Virus record (IMG/VR): IMGVR_UViG_3300001533_000597 | Coordinates: 1-62,409 of that record | Direction: 5' to 3' (one strand) | Source of the DNA: a virus | Lineage: Duplodnaviria; Caudoviricetes | Length of the DNA: 62,409 nucleotides | Part shown: piece by piece, positions 1 to 9,410 of the stretch | Layout: every line of letters starts with the position of its first letter | How positions within the stretch are numbered: position 1 is the stretch's first letter | The notes under the pieces: model-generated | Database searches by the model: none | Told to the model about the DNA's origin: nothing | The model's input: the letters and a program-made list of their open reading frames with translations, nothing else | Position numbers and translations under genes: made by a program

Positions 1-1002
1 CTTCATAATCTATACCTCTTAAACTATACCCATAAAACCACCGCAGACAATGAGTGGAACGCCGCTACCATTATATGCCGTGGTTTAATTGTGGACAGCC
101 AGTGGAATATTGTGGCCCGCCCCTTCCCTAAGTTTTTTAATGTATCACAACTTTCCTTTCTGCGAAATCGCATACATCACCTTTATCGTACTAAGTATAG
201 CAAATTATGGACCACTCCATTTACAGCCTTTGAGAAATTTGATGGGTCATTAGGTATTATTTATCGTAACCCCAATAATATAAGGTGGGAAATTGCGACC
301 CGTGGTTCCTTTACTAGTGAACAAGCACAAGAAGGCCAAAAAATATTACGCCACAAAACAACATTATATGATTTAAAACCTCACTATACTTATCTAGTCG
401 AGATTATTTATCCTACTAATCGAATTGTTGTGGATTATGGACCTATGAGGGATTTGGTTCTTCTATCCGTAATAGATAATAAGACAGGTGAAGATTGTTG
501 GGAAGAATTTGATAGGTTACGTAATGAAGGATGGACTAGTTCTAATAAAATAGAGGGCCTTCATTATATGGACCAATTAGAGGGTTTGGATTCACAAGAT
601 AATATTGAGGGATATGTTCTAGTATTTCCCAATGGTTTTCGTTTAAAGTATAAGTTTAATGAATATTTACGTCTTCATAAGATATTAACTGGTACAACTG
701 AAAAACGAATTTGGGATTTGTTACGTAATAATCAAGATTTAAGTCAATGGTTATATAATGTACCGGATGAATTTCATAAATGGGTTACAAACCTAGTCGA
801 TGATTTTCAAAAACGATATCAACAGATTGAGGATGAATCTTGGCAAACATTCAATCAATTAAGAAATAAGTCCCGTAAGGATATAGCCCTAAGTATTCAG
901 GATTATCCATATAAAGGCATTATCTTTGCTATGTTAGATGATAAAAATTATGAAGATATAATTTGGAAATTTTTGGAACCAAAATGCCAAGACCATCAAT
1001 AG
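1..1002 (+). CDS. T4 Rnl1/RnlA-type RNA ligase, 5'-truncated by the window edge
   Basis: Frame is open from base 1 (LHNLYLLNY...ICRGLIVD); nucleotidyltransferase motifs EKFDGSLG, TRGSF, EIIYP, EGYVL, LKYKF. Confidence 0.85.
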   Translation, partial: LHNLYLLNYTHKTTADNEWNAATIICRGLIVDSQWNIVARPFPKFFNVSQLSFLRNRIHHLYRTKYSKLWTTPFTAFEKFDGSLGIIYRNPNNIRWEIATRGSFTSEQAQEGQKILRHKTTLYDLKPHYTYLVEIIYPTNRIVVDYGPMRDLVLLSVIDNKTGEDCWEEFDRLRNEGWTSSNKIEGLHYMDQLEGLDSQDNIEGYVLVFPNGFRLKYKFNEYLRLHKILTGTTEKRIWDLLRNNQDLSQWLYNVPDEFHKWVTNLVDDFQKRYQQIEDESWQTFNQLRNKSRKDIALSIQDYPYKGIIFAMLDDKNYEDIIWKFLEPKCQDHQ

Positions 1003-1490
1003 ATTGGGTGACTGCTGATAGCCACATCAATCATCATAGACTACAACAAATTTTAGATTGGCCTACAAATTGGGTAGATATATGGATTAAAAATTGGAAG
1101 TATTACGTTGCTCCTCAAGATTTTGTATATCATTTGGGAGACGTTATTTTTTATGATTATCCATCTTTAGGTAGTATTATTCGACAACTTCCAGGTACTA
1201 AAATTTTATTGATGGGAAACCATGATAGAAAGAGTCGTAAATGGTACATTAAACAAGGGTTTGCATATGTAGCAGATATGATAGTGTTGGACGATATTGT
1301 GCTATCCCACAAACCATTAATGATATTTCCAGATGGTGTTAAGTATAATATCCATGGACATAGCCACACTAATATTCCTACAGAATCATGGTGGAGTCCT
1401 AAGACACATTTTCTATATTCTCCAGAAAAACAAAAGTGGAATTTCGTAAAACTAGATGTTATTAAATCTCGTTTAAAAGGTAAAAAATGA
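984..1490 (+). CDS. Calcineurin-like metallophosphoesterase
   Basis: Motifs DSH, HLGD, GNHD, SH, HGHSH; ATG at 984 overlaps the end of the ligase. Confidence 0.85.
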   Translation: MPRPSIDWVTADSHINHHRLQQILDWPTNWVDIWIKNWKYYVAPQDFVYHLGDVIFYDYPSLGSIIRQLPGTKILLMGNHDRKSRKWYIKQGFAYVADMIVLDDIVLSHKPLMIFPDGVKYNIHGHSHTNIPTESWWSPKTHFLYSPEKQKWNFVKLDVIKSRLKGKK

Positions 1491-1834
1491 AAGACATATT
1501 GGTGAAACATTTACGTGACGATTTTCAACGCCCATTCGCAACTATCGTGGCCGTAAAAGTAGATGATAGTATTTCTTTAGGTGTTTCTATTTGTAGTAGT
1601 AAAGACCAATTTAATAAACGCATTGGTCGTCGAGTTGCTATAGGAAGAGCAAAGCGGCTTAGGTCGCCCAATATGCCTAGTCGTATGTATCAGTTAGTTG
1701 ATGATGTATATAAACCAATAAAAGATATTATTGAAGATGCTTTAGACGATATGTGTCAAAAGGTCCAAAAGTATTTTAATATTTCAAAGGAATCCCTATT
1801 AATACCAGTAATTATGAGTGATTATGAGTGGTAA
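1487..1834 (+). CDS. Small phage protein with GxSxC..D.F....G...A..RA motif (Gp49/Gp66-like)
   Basis: GVSICSSKDQFNKRIGRRVAIGRA; ATGA overlap with the upstream gene. Confidence 0.45.
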   Translation: MKDILVKHLRDDFQRPFATIVAVKVDDSISLGVSICSSKDQFNKRIGRRVAIGRAKRLRSPNMPSRMYQLVDDVYKPIKDIIEDALDDMCQKVQKYFNISKESLLIPVIMSDYEW

Positions 1835-2217
1835 ATATAATAATATGGTTAAAGAATTTCGCAATGCTATTAAAACCTATAAATGCTGATGTTACCTGGA
1901 TTTTTCAATGCCCCATCTGTGAGGGTGAGATTTGGGTAAATCAGGATATGACAAAAATTGATGGATATGCTCCGGTATGTTGTGGTAGGGTACATCCTAT
2001 TGAAAAAATTATAGGAGCTGAGGTCAAGCCCAAATATGCTACGCTAGGAGCTACAAACACAATGGAAGATAAGGTGATAGAATCAATGCGACAAATGGGC
2101 ATTACAAAAGTACGGGCTAAAAGATTAATTCGAGAGGCTATAGATAAACATGGTTTTTTCGAGAGAAAAGAAGATTTATTGAAAGCAGCTCTAGCGGAAT
2201 TAGAAACCGATGCATGA
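1828..2217 (+). CDS. Zn-ribbon plus RuvA C-terminal (domain III)-like protein; start may be ATG 1864
   Basis: CPIC...CCG in the N-half; VIESMRQMGITKVRAKRLIREA...EDLLKAALAEL matches the RuvA_C pattern. Confidence 0.55.
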   Translation: MVNIIIWLKNFAMLLKPINADVTWIFQCPICEGEIWVNQDMTKIDGYAPVCCGRVHPIEKIIGAEVKPKYATLGATNTMEDKVIESMRQMGITKVRAKRLIREAIDKHGFFERKEDLLKAALAELETDA

Positions 2218-3166
2218 TGTAGTTTTTATTACTCCACATTTAAATGGTGGTTGTCCATTTTATCGTTGTACCGTACCAAGTACGGCCCTTAACAATTTAG
2301 GATATGATACATATATTCAAGATTATACTAAAGATTTAGATAAGATTCAATCTAAAGTGGTGGTTATACAAAGGCCACACATAAATGTAGTAAAATTAAT
2401 CAAAACTTTTCAAAATCGCAAAAGTCGCGTTTTTATTGAACTAGATGATGATTTACTTAATTTACCACCTAATCACGTAAGTTATACATTTTGGCAACTA
2501 CGGTTATCTTCAATAATACACTCCATCAAATTGGCTGATGGTATAACCGTTACTACACATACCCTAGCTAATATTGTTAAACAATATAATCAAAATGTAC
2601 ATATTTTACCAAATTGTATTCCTCAAAATTTAATATTATCTCCAAACCCATCCATTAAACAACCCCTTATAGTAGGATATGGGGGAGCCGAAACTCATTA
2701 TGACGATTTACGAATTTTGCAACAACCATTAGAAACTCTAGTACGACAAATTAATATTCAGCTTTTATTTTGTGGTATTAAGAAACTACCATTTAGATTT
2801 TCTAATATATCTCAAGTACAGTATACACCAAATGTTATAAAATATTTAAATAACTTAATTTTTGACATTGGTTTGATTCCATTAATAGACAATCAATTTA
2901 ATCAATCTAAGAGTGATATAAAATTTTTGGAATATTCTGCACGAGGAATACCATCTGTAGTTTCAAACGTATCTACATATCCTACTTGTATTCACGAGAC
3001 TAATGGGTTTCGTGCTACAACTGACGAAGATTGGATACGATATATTAAGCTATTAATTGAAGACTTGGATACTAGAAAACGAATTTTAAATAATGCACAT
3101 ACATTTGCACTAAATCGCACAATTGAAAGGAACATTCATTTATGGATACAAGCATATCAACTTTAA
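2210..3166 (+). CDS. GT-B glycosyltransferase
   Basis: ELDDDL, VTT..LA, ILPN, DIGLIPL, KSDIKFLEYS..GIPSVVS. Confidence 0.8.
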   Translation: MHDVVFITPHLNGGCPFYRCTVPSTALNNLGYDTYIQDYTKDLDKIQSKVVVIQRPHINVVKLIKTFQNRKSRVFIELDDDLLNLPPNHVSYTFWQLRLSSIIHSIKLADGITVTTHTLANIVKQYNQNVHILPNCIPQNLILSPNPSIKQPLIVGYGGAETHYDDLRILQQPLETLVRQINIQLLFCGIKKLPFRFSNISQVQYTPNVIKYLNNLIFDIGLIPLIDNQFNQSKSDIKFLEYSARGIPSVVSNVSTYPTCIHETNGFRATTDEDWIRYIKLLIEDLDTRKRILNNAHTFALNRTIERNIHLWIQAYQL

Positions 3167-3182
3167 TTATAAATTTAAAACT

Positions 3183-3524
3183 ATGAATACTATTACTATT
3201 AAAGAAACAATTATTAATTTACCTGAAAATATTCAGGATTTTAGAATTGAAGATGGTAAAATTTTGGTTGATAACCAAATTGTAGGTACTGTACCATCCA
3301 CAGAGGTTATTCTGATAGTTAATGGAAAACCTTTTAATATTACTGTTAAGCAAGGAAAGGTATTAAGTAAGCGAGATATAGCCGGCAACGTGTGTGTGGG
3401 CCAGGGGAGCGTTAATGCCCACAATGTAGGTGGTTATATTTCATGTAATGGTAATGTAAATGCCGGTGATGTACAATTAGGAGTGCGGGCCGGTGGTAAT
3501 GTAATAATTAGAAAGGCAACCTAA
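3183..3524 (+). CDS. Hypothetical protein with Gly/Val/Asn beta-helix-like C-terminal repeats
   Basis: GNVCVGQGSVNAHNVGGYISCNGNVNAGDV. Confidence 0.5.
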   Translation: MNTITIKETIINLPENIQDFRIEDGKILVDNQIVGTVPSTEVILIVNGKPFNITVKQGKVLSKRDIAGNVCVGQGSVNAHNVGGYISCNGNVNAGDVQLGVRAGGNVIIRKAT

Positions 3525-3686
3525 ATGGGTATTATATCTTTAATAACGGCCATATGGATGATAACACTAAGTTTACTATTAAGTACTAAGGATATGATAT
3601 CTACCATCATATTTAAGGTTATTCCATTTTTTATTGGGATAGCTAATTTGATAATGGGATTAAAGCTATTAGGGTGGATAAGCTAA
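3525..3686 (+). CDS. Small two-TM membrane protein (below ORF-track cutoff)
   Basis: MGIISLITAIWMITLSLLL...IPFFIGIANLIMGLKLLGWIS read directly from the sequence. Confidence 0.5.
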   Translation: MGIISLITAIWMITLSLLLSTKDMISTIIFKVIPFFIGIANLIMGLKLLGWIS

Positions 3687-3749
3687 ACCGTTCGCTTCGA
3701 GTAGTCAGCTCTAATTTTCTTACTATCATACCTATAAGAAATAGTATGT

Positions 3750-4631
3750 ATGTTTCGACCACAAAATTTTACGGATATCATTGGCCAAACAAATGCCTTA
3801 CAGCGCCTTCAAATAAGTACGAAGGCCGCTTTAGCCCGTGATGGACCCCTACCACATTGTATTATCAATGGTCCACCAGGAGTTGGGAAAACGAGCATTA
3901 TTTATGCTCTAAAAGAAGAATTAAAAACCGATTTACAAATAGCCAATGGTGGTAATTTACGCACTATCAAAAATGTAGTACCATATATTGCTAGAATTAC
4001 CCATCGTTCGCTACTGTTTATTGATGAAATTCATAGATGTACACCTTTAGTCGAGGAGTTTTTATATCCTGTATTAGAGGATTTTCGTTGTGATGTTGGC
4101 GGCGAATCCGAAATTTCATTCGATGTGCCGCCATTTACTATGTTAGGCGCCACGACTGATTATGGACAATTATCGAAACCGCTTAGAGACCGCTTTCCTA
4201 TTCAACTAACACTAGAATTATACAACGTGGATGAACTAACACAAATTATTCAAAATGGGGCCCGCAAGTTAAGTCTATCCTTGACGGATGGTGCTGCTCG
4301 TCTTATATCTAAAACAAGTCGCGGCACTCCCCGAACAGCCCTAGCCCGCCTACAATGGTTGAGAGATTTTTCTTCTGCTAAAGGTCTTTCTAGTATTACA
4401 GAGGATGTAGTGCGGAAGGCTCTTATTATGGAAGAAGTTGAAGAGAATGGATTAACCAAGTTAGATAAACAATATTTACAGATACTACGAGAAGCTAAGG
4501 GGCCGCTAGGTATTCAAAATCTAGTTGCTATAACTGGTATTAATCGAGAAACTATTGAGAATGTTATTGAGCCGTTTTTATTGAGACTGGGCTTTATTCA
4601 AAAAACTCCTAAAGGACGAATAGTATTATGA
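3750..4631 (+). CDS. ruvB: Holliday junction branch-migration AAA+ ATPase RuvB
   Basis: FRPQNF.D.IGQ, GPPGVGKT, FIDEIHR, GATT, LRDRF, RGTPR, IEPFLL..GFIQKTPKGR. Confidence 0.93.
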   Translation: MFRPQNFTDIIGQTNALQRLQISTKAALARDGPLPHCIINGPPGVGKTSIIYALKEELKTDLQIANGGNLRTIKNVVPYIARITHRSLLFIDEIHRCTPLVEEFLYPVLEDFRCDVGGESEISFDVPPFTMLGATTDYGQLSKPLRDRFPIQLTLELYNVDELTQIIQNGARKLSLSLTDGAARLISKTSRGTPRTALARLQWLRDFSSAKGLSSITEDVVRKALIMEEVEENGLTKLDKQYLQILREAKGPLGIQNLVAITGINRETIENVIEPFLLRLGFIQKTPKGRIVL

Positions 4632-4718
4632 AATGGTTAATTTCTCCGATAAGTATGCCCATATTGATATGTGTGGAATTGTATCGGATGGCAGCGTTTA
4701 GTATGTTTGGAACTTAAA

Positions 4719-4958
4719 ATGACGCTTAAGGAACACCTATTACAAATTCAAACCGATATTCGTATTTTGAAACAAAACCGTACATTTGATATGAATACTT
4801 GTAAATTAGATAATGATAGTGGTCCCAATCAAGGAAGACGGGCAGATATAGTAAAGCGAGCTAGAAGTGAAATGGTCAAACAGAATCAAGTGAAAATTTT
4901 GGATTTAGCAGCCTCATGGCTTGAGGAAGAATTACAGGAGATTGGTCTTGAGATATAA
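4719..4958 (+). CDS. Hypothetical protein
   Basis: ORF in dense + strand array; start uncertain. Confidence 0.4.
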   Translation: MTLKEHLLQIQTDIRILKQNRTFDMNTCKLDNDSGPNQGRRADIVKRARSEMVKQNQVKILDLAASWLEEELQEIGLEI

Positions 4959-5211
4959 TATAGGCAAGCGTGAACGTGCTAGACGTATTATAGAGAATAT
5001 CAAGAAAAATGGAAAATGTATTATTTGTGGTGAGGAGGAGCCAGCAAAACTTACTTTTCATCATCGTAATCCTGAAGAAAAGTTAATTGATATAGCTGAC
5101 CTACCAAGGCGTAGGCCAACGCTTACATATGTAATGCGAGAATTAGATAAGTGTGATTTGGTTTGTACAGAATGTCATAGGAGAATTCATAATGAAAGTA
5201 GTATTGAATAA
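4921..5211 (+). CDS. Small HNH endonuclease; start uncertain
   Basis: CIICG...LTFHHRNP..K...CDLVCTECHRRIH. Confidence 0.8.
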   Translation: MRKNYRRLVLRYNIGKRERARRIIENIKKNGKCIICGEEEPAKLTFHHRNPEEKLIDIADLPRRRPTLTYVMRELDKCDLVCTECHRRIHNESSIE

Positions 5212-5527
5212 TTGTTTTGGTGGTTTTAGTATTAGTCGTGAGGCAGCAGAATTCATGGCCGCTCGCGGTAATGAATTGGCAAAAACCGAATTAGATGAAA
5301 GTAGTATTAAATGTAAGTGGTATGGCTATGGATATACTAGTGATTGTTCTGATGGTTATTCAAGAACAGACCCAGATTTGATAGCTGCTGTGGAAATCTT
5401 GGGAGATAAGGCCAATGGTCGTCATGCTAAGTTGAAGGTAGTTGAAATTCCAGATAATATAGAATATGATATTGAGTCGTATGATGGTGCGGAGAGTATA
5501 CACGAAAAACATAAAAGTTGGGTATAA
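5192..5527 (+). CDS. Conserved-type phage hypothetical protein
   Basis: KVVLNNCFGGFS, RTDPDLI..VE.LG, LKVVEIPD, YDGAE; GGAG SD upstream. Confidence 0.65.
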   Translation: MKVVLNNCFGGFSISREAAEFMAARGNELAKTELDESSIKCKWYGYGYTSDCSDGYSRTDPDLIAAVEILGDKANGRHAKLKVVEIPDNIEYDIESYDGAESIHEKHKSWV

Positions 5528-5691
5528 GTAGATATAAGCTATTATGGTAAGTTTAGGAAAATTCAAATGAAATTAAAAGAGAATGAAGCCCGTAATGTAG
5601 TGTGGGAAGAAGATAAAAATTGGAAACCTGTTACGAACGAAACTATTGTCGAAAATAGTAGAAGTAAAAACCAAAGTTTGGAAACCGATTA

Positions 5692-6090
5692 ATGGCTAAG
5701 GGATTTAAAACTTGTAGTAATTGCGGTCGTGAGGTTAAGGGGGTGCGTACTAAAGTATGTCCGTACTGTCAAACCTCATTTGCATTTAAACCTAAAGCTC
5801 TACGACCCATTAAGGGTAAAGATATAAAATGGACGGAACTTCAAGCTGGAGATATCATCAAGATATTACAAGGGAGTGGGCCGTATTGGTTGAATGAGGA
5901 TGGAGAGAAGATTTGTATGGGCTACTATGGTAAATTTAAGGTTAAGCGTATAGTCGACAATGGCATAGAGGCTTATCCGTATAATAATAAAATAGAATCG
6001 GGTTTATGTTATATTTATATGGGGCCAGCGGTAATGAGTAAATATGGTACTCATTTAGAACCTCATACAATCAGAAAGTTAGCAATCTAG
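5692..6090 (+). CDS. Zn-ribbon-containing hypothetical protein
   Basis: CSNC...CPYC at the N-terminus. Confidence 0.6.
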   Translation: MAKGFKTCSNCGREVKGVRTKVCPYCQTSFAFKPKALRPIKGKDIKWTELQAGDIIKILQGSGPYWLNEDGEKICMGYYGKFKVKRIVDNGIEAYPYNNKIESGLCYIYMGPAVMSKYGTHLEPHTIRKLAI

Positions 6091-6137
6091 GGTAGATTAC
6101 CTAACCTACTCGTTTTCACCATAGTCAGGAGCTTATT

Positions 6138-6332
6138 GTGTCTAATGATACTTTGGATAATTTGAGTAAACAGTGGTACAAAGAACGTGTCCGCGAATTG
6201 GAAGAGCAAGTGGATAGATTACAAATGCAGTTAGAAATGATAGGTGCAGGTTATCGAGAATTAACGGAGAGGATACAGTTATATGAAGCAAATATATCCT
6301 TTGTTGACTTAATTTTGAAAAAAATACATTAG
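6138..6332 (+). CDS. Small coiled-coil protein
   Basis: AGGAG SD; heptad pattern. Confidence 0.5.
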   Translation: MSNDTLDNLSKQWYKERVRELEEQVDRLQMQLEMIGAGYRELTERIQLYEANISFVDLILKKIH

Positions 6333-6381
6333 GGTTTTGGCGTTTTATTATACTTATCGACATACCACGAGGGAGAACATA

Positions 6382-6591
6382 ATGGATAATCAAGGTTTAC
6401 GAGCGTCGTTAGGGTGCTTAGCAGTATGTCTGACCATAATTGGTGTTTTGCCATTGTGGTTTGCCTTATTGCTTGGTATCCTATATCATTTGGATGCACC
6501 AAGTTGGATGTGGGTGTGTTATTTTTGTTATGTACCAGTAACTATTATAAACGCGATACTAATAAAAACAGTTGAATATTTTAGAGACTGA
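6382..6591 (+). CDS. Small two-TM membrane protein
   Basis: GGAG SD; two hydrophobic stretches. Confidence 0.55.
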   Translation: MDNQGLRASLGCLAVCLTIIGVLPLWFALLLGILYHLDAPSWMWVCYFCYVPVTIINAILIKTVEYFRD

Positions 6592-6654
6592 AATGCCATA
6601 TATTTCACAAGCAGATAGAAAACATATAGAAACAGATGTGGTTTCAAACGAACT

Positions 6655-7254
6655 ATGATATATAATAGATTACGCTTACAAAAATTCTACTGTTGTGGAC
6701 CAATGGACCACAATCGAGAATTAGGTAAAGTTTGGCGTCAAGATATAGTAAAATGGTTACGTCAACGTGGTGCCTTAGTTTTTAATCCTTATGAAAAACC
6801 TATTAAATATTGTGATGGGGCCGCAGAAGATGATGAAAGTTATCGTCTCATAATGGAGGCTAAGAAGCAAAAAGATTATGATACGGTATCAACATTATCT
6901 AAACAGATACGTTTATATGATTTGCGTGCATGTGATGAAGCTAACGCCCTAATAGTTAATTTAGATTGGGATAGTCAACCATGTGGAACTTTTGAAGAAA
7001 TCTTTGTTAGTAATAGAGCAAAAAAACCCATTATAATTTATTGTCCACAGGGTATACAAAAAATTAGTAATTGGATGTTTGGAGTATTACCATACGAATT
7101 CTTTTTTGAGAATTGGGAAGCACTAAAAGAATATTTGAGGCATATTGATGAAGATGAGAATTTTGATGATTTAGGCCGTTGGCGCTTTTTTGATTTTGAG
7201 GAGCAAATTCAAGAGATACTTAAAGGAGAAAATAATGTTAGATATTCAATGTGA
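6655..7254 (+). CDS. Nucleoside 2-deoxyribosyltransferase-like protein
   Basis: FYCCGPMD, WRQ, VFNP, DLRACD, GTFEE, KPII. Confidence 0.7.
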   Translation: MIYNRLRLQKFYCCGPMDHNRELGKVWRQDIVKWLRQRGALVFNPYEKPIKYCDGAAEDDESYRLIMEAKKQKDYDTVSTLSKQIRLYDLRACDEANALIVNLDWDSQPCGTFEEIFVSNRAKKPIIIYCPQGIQKISNWMFGVLPYEFFFENWEALKEYLRHIDEDENFDDLGRWRFFDFEEQIQEILKGENNVRYSM

Positions 7255-7747
7255 TTGTAAAACACACGGGCTTTATCTTTATTTATGTAAATTGGCTGAT
7301 GAATATGGTTGGGAATGCTTGTCTGTTGGTACGTATACGGAGAAAATGAAGATATTTTGTTTGACAAATAGGAATGGCGAAACTGGATATTTAGGATTGT
7401 ATCATTTATGGTTAAGGTTAACCACCCAACATGTTTCTATAGAAAATATGATTCAATACATAGTGGATGGACCACCAAAGTCAATTACACCTATCCGTCT
7501 ACAATATCTTGTTGGTATGAGCGCATCTGTCAAACAAGAAGGTGGATTTATCTCTAGGGATAATGAATCATTGTCGAGAGGTTACTTTATTAGTATTGAT
7601 AATGGTGAACTAGCTTATTTATATAATGATGGTAAATGGCGCGAAATGGCCGATATAACAAAAAATGCCGATGGTGATGATATAACGGCCTTTTGGCCAA
7701 CTCAAACAGATGCCGAACGATTTTTAGATGAATGGAGTAAGCAATAA
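7235..7747 (+). CDS. Hypothetical protein
   Basis: AGGAG SD before ATG 7235; long ORF. Confidence 0.55.
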   Translation: MLDIQCDCKTHGLYLYLCKLADEYGWECLSVGTYTEKMKIFCLTNRNGETGYLGLYHLWLRLTTQHVSIENMIQYIVDGPPKSITPIRLQYLVGMSASVKQEGGFISRDNESLSRGYFISIDNGELAYLYNDGKWREMADITKNADGDDITAFWPTQTDAERFLDEWSKQ

Positions 7748-8094
7748 TGCAACTATTTTCTCTAGATGACCAACTTATGGTAATGGCAGCTCATAGATAT
7801 TGTTTAGGTCGCTGCTCATACATTGTTAGTTCATGTATTGATTGGATTCGACTACATTGGGACCAATTTGAACGAAATACAAAACTAGTTCTCATTAGAG
7901 ATACTATTGAAGCCATAGTTGATGATAAGGCTGGTGCTAAATATGATAAAGGAGGGTGGATTTCACTTATAATGGATTTATGGAGTACCATAAGTGTGGA
8001 AGATAGGGAGTGGATTAGACGGGCCGTTAATTTTAAAGGAACAAAGGCCATTACATTGTGTGAGATTCTGGATACACAATCCACGATGGATTAA
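7747..8094 (+). CDS. Phage hypothetical protein
   Basis: AAHRYCLGRCSYIV motif; TAATG overlap. Confidence 0.55.
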   Translation: MQLFSLDDQLMVMAAHRYCLGRCSYIVSSCIDWIRLHWDQFERNTKLVLIRDTIEAIVDDKAGAKYDKGGWISLIMDLWSTISVEDREWIRRAVNFKGTKAITLCEILDTQSTMD

Positions 8095-8141
8095 AACTGA
8101 ACATTATAAATCAATCTCAAAAAATTTTTTAGGATTATAGT

Positions 8142-8426
8142 ATGAATACAAAATTGACTAAACCAGAATTAGTGGATATGGTTTTCAACTTAATCGCTGA
8201 GTTTGAAGACCTTGAACCAGACCATAATTCTATAAGAGATGCTAAACGAAAACTCGGAATACCACAAAATTTTAGTCAAGTAGTTTTGACATGTTCATTT
8301 GAGAATATAGAAGCACGCGACCCTATTGAGATATCAGATTGTAACGCCTATGGACCTGTAAGAATTACGATTGATGGTAAGGAATTCCTGGGAACTGTGG
8401 TAGATGTAGAGGATTTTATTGAATAA
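8142..8426 (+). CDS. Hypothetical protein
   Basis: AGGA SD; ORF. Confidence 0.55.
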   Translation: MNTKLTKPELVDMVFNLIAEFEDLEPDHNSIRDAKRKLGIPQNFSQVVLTCSFENIEARDPIEISDCNAYGPVRITIDGKEFLGTVVDVEDFIE

Positions 8427-8920
8427 TGTGTTTTGAAATTTCTTATGATAAAACACGAGAGCTTCGTGAGACTTATCGTGATATAGGTAAGGTTGTATGT
8501 TATAAAGAATTATTTTATAATCATATAAAGGATAAATTAGAGAGCCCTACTACTAAGACCGTTTGGAAACCAGGCTGGAATAAACGTAGCCTATTACATT
8601 TTATATTAGATGGTTGTAAATATAAAATTTATAATCCAGAGAAAGCTGGTCGTTACCGCCCGCCTCATGCTCATTCAGGTATTTATGTATTCACAAATGG
8701 ACATAGACCTAGTATTGGTGCTATAGTTAATGTTACTGGTATCAATGGTGTTTATGCATTTCATTGTGTACCAGTTACGTGTTATCTCAGAGATTTATTG
8801 TATGTAAGTCGGTGTGGGCAAATGGCCACCTTCAAAAAGGTATATGTAGAACCTACTGACTATAGCAATTTCTTAAACAAATATCGTAGAATTTATATAA
8901 ATAGGTGTATGATTACGTAG
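8426..8920 (+). CDS. Hypothetical protein
   Basis: TAATG overlap; ends immediately before the tRNA. Confidence 0.55.
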   Translation: MCFEISYDKTRELRETYRDIGKVVCYKELFYNHIKDKLESPTTKTVWKPGWNKRSLLHFILDGCKYKIYNPEKAGRYRPPHAHSGIYVFTNGHRPSIGAIVNVTGINGVYAFHCVPVTCYLRDLLYVSRCGQMATFKKVYVEPTDYSNFLNKYRRIYINRCMIT

Positions 8921-8992
8921 TCTCTGGTAGCTCAATGGTAGAGCAGATGACTGTTAATCATCAGGTTGTAGGTTCAAGTCCTACCCAGGGAG
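8921..8992 (+). tRNA. tRNA-Asn (GTT), CCA not encoded
   Basis: Acceptor TCTCTGG/CCAGGGA, D arm GCTC/GAGC, anticodon arm GATGA-CTGTTAA-TCATC, T arm GTAGG-TTCAAGT-CCTAC, discriminator G. Confidence 0.95.
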
Positions 8993-8995
8993 CTT

Positions 8996-9375
8996 GGGGG
9001 CGAATTGGATTCGACCACTAAATGAGATTTATGGTTGCATGTCGCAGTTGATTAGCTGGCTGCGTTATCAAGCTAATCATTAATTTTAACTGCCAATCGT
9101 GTAGTTGGGTTTGCTACCCTAAAAGCAGGGAAATTGGGAATGAGTACCAAAACTAAACCACGTTCCCGAAACGCTGTATGCGGAGTGGTTTCGTTAGCTC
9201 CTATGACCGTAGGAGTATAAACGGTCTGACGTTGATAATTCAACTGACGCCGATAATTCGGCTTGGTGTTTACCCAAGAGTAAGCTAGGTAGTTATAGCC
9301 GAAAAATATGACTAAGCATGTAGAAGCTATAGATGTAGTTTAGCTGGGACGGCGGCTCGATACCGCCCGCCTCCA
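8996..9375 (+). ncRNA. ssrA: tmRNA
   Basis: 5' GGGGGCGAATTGGATTCGAC; 3' GGCGG-CTCGATA-CCGCC-CGCCTCCA; acceptor stem with G3.U pair; PK1 (CGCAG/CTGCG and TGATTAGCT/AGCTAATCA); resume context TTAACT-GCC at 9092. Confidence 0.92.
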
Positions 9376-9410
9376 CTTAAATTTATTAACTTTGGAGAAA
9401 TATAAAATAA

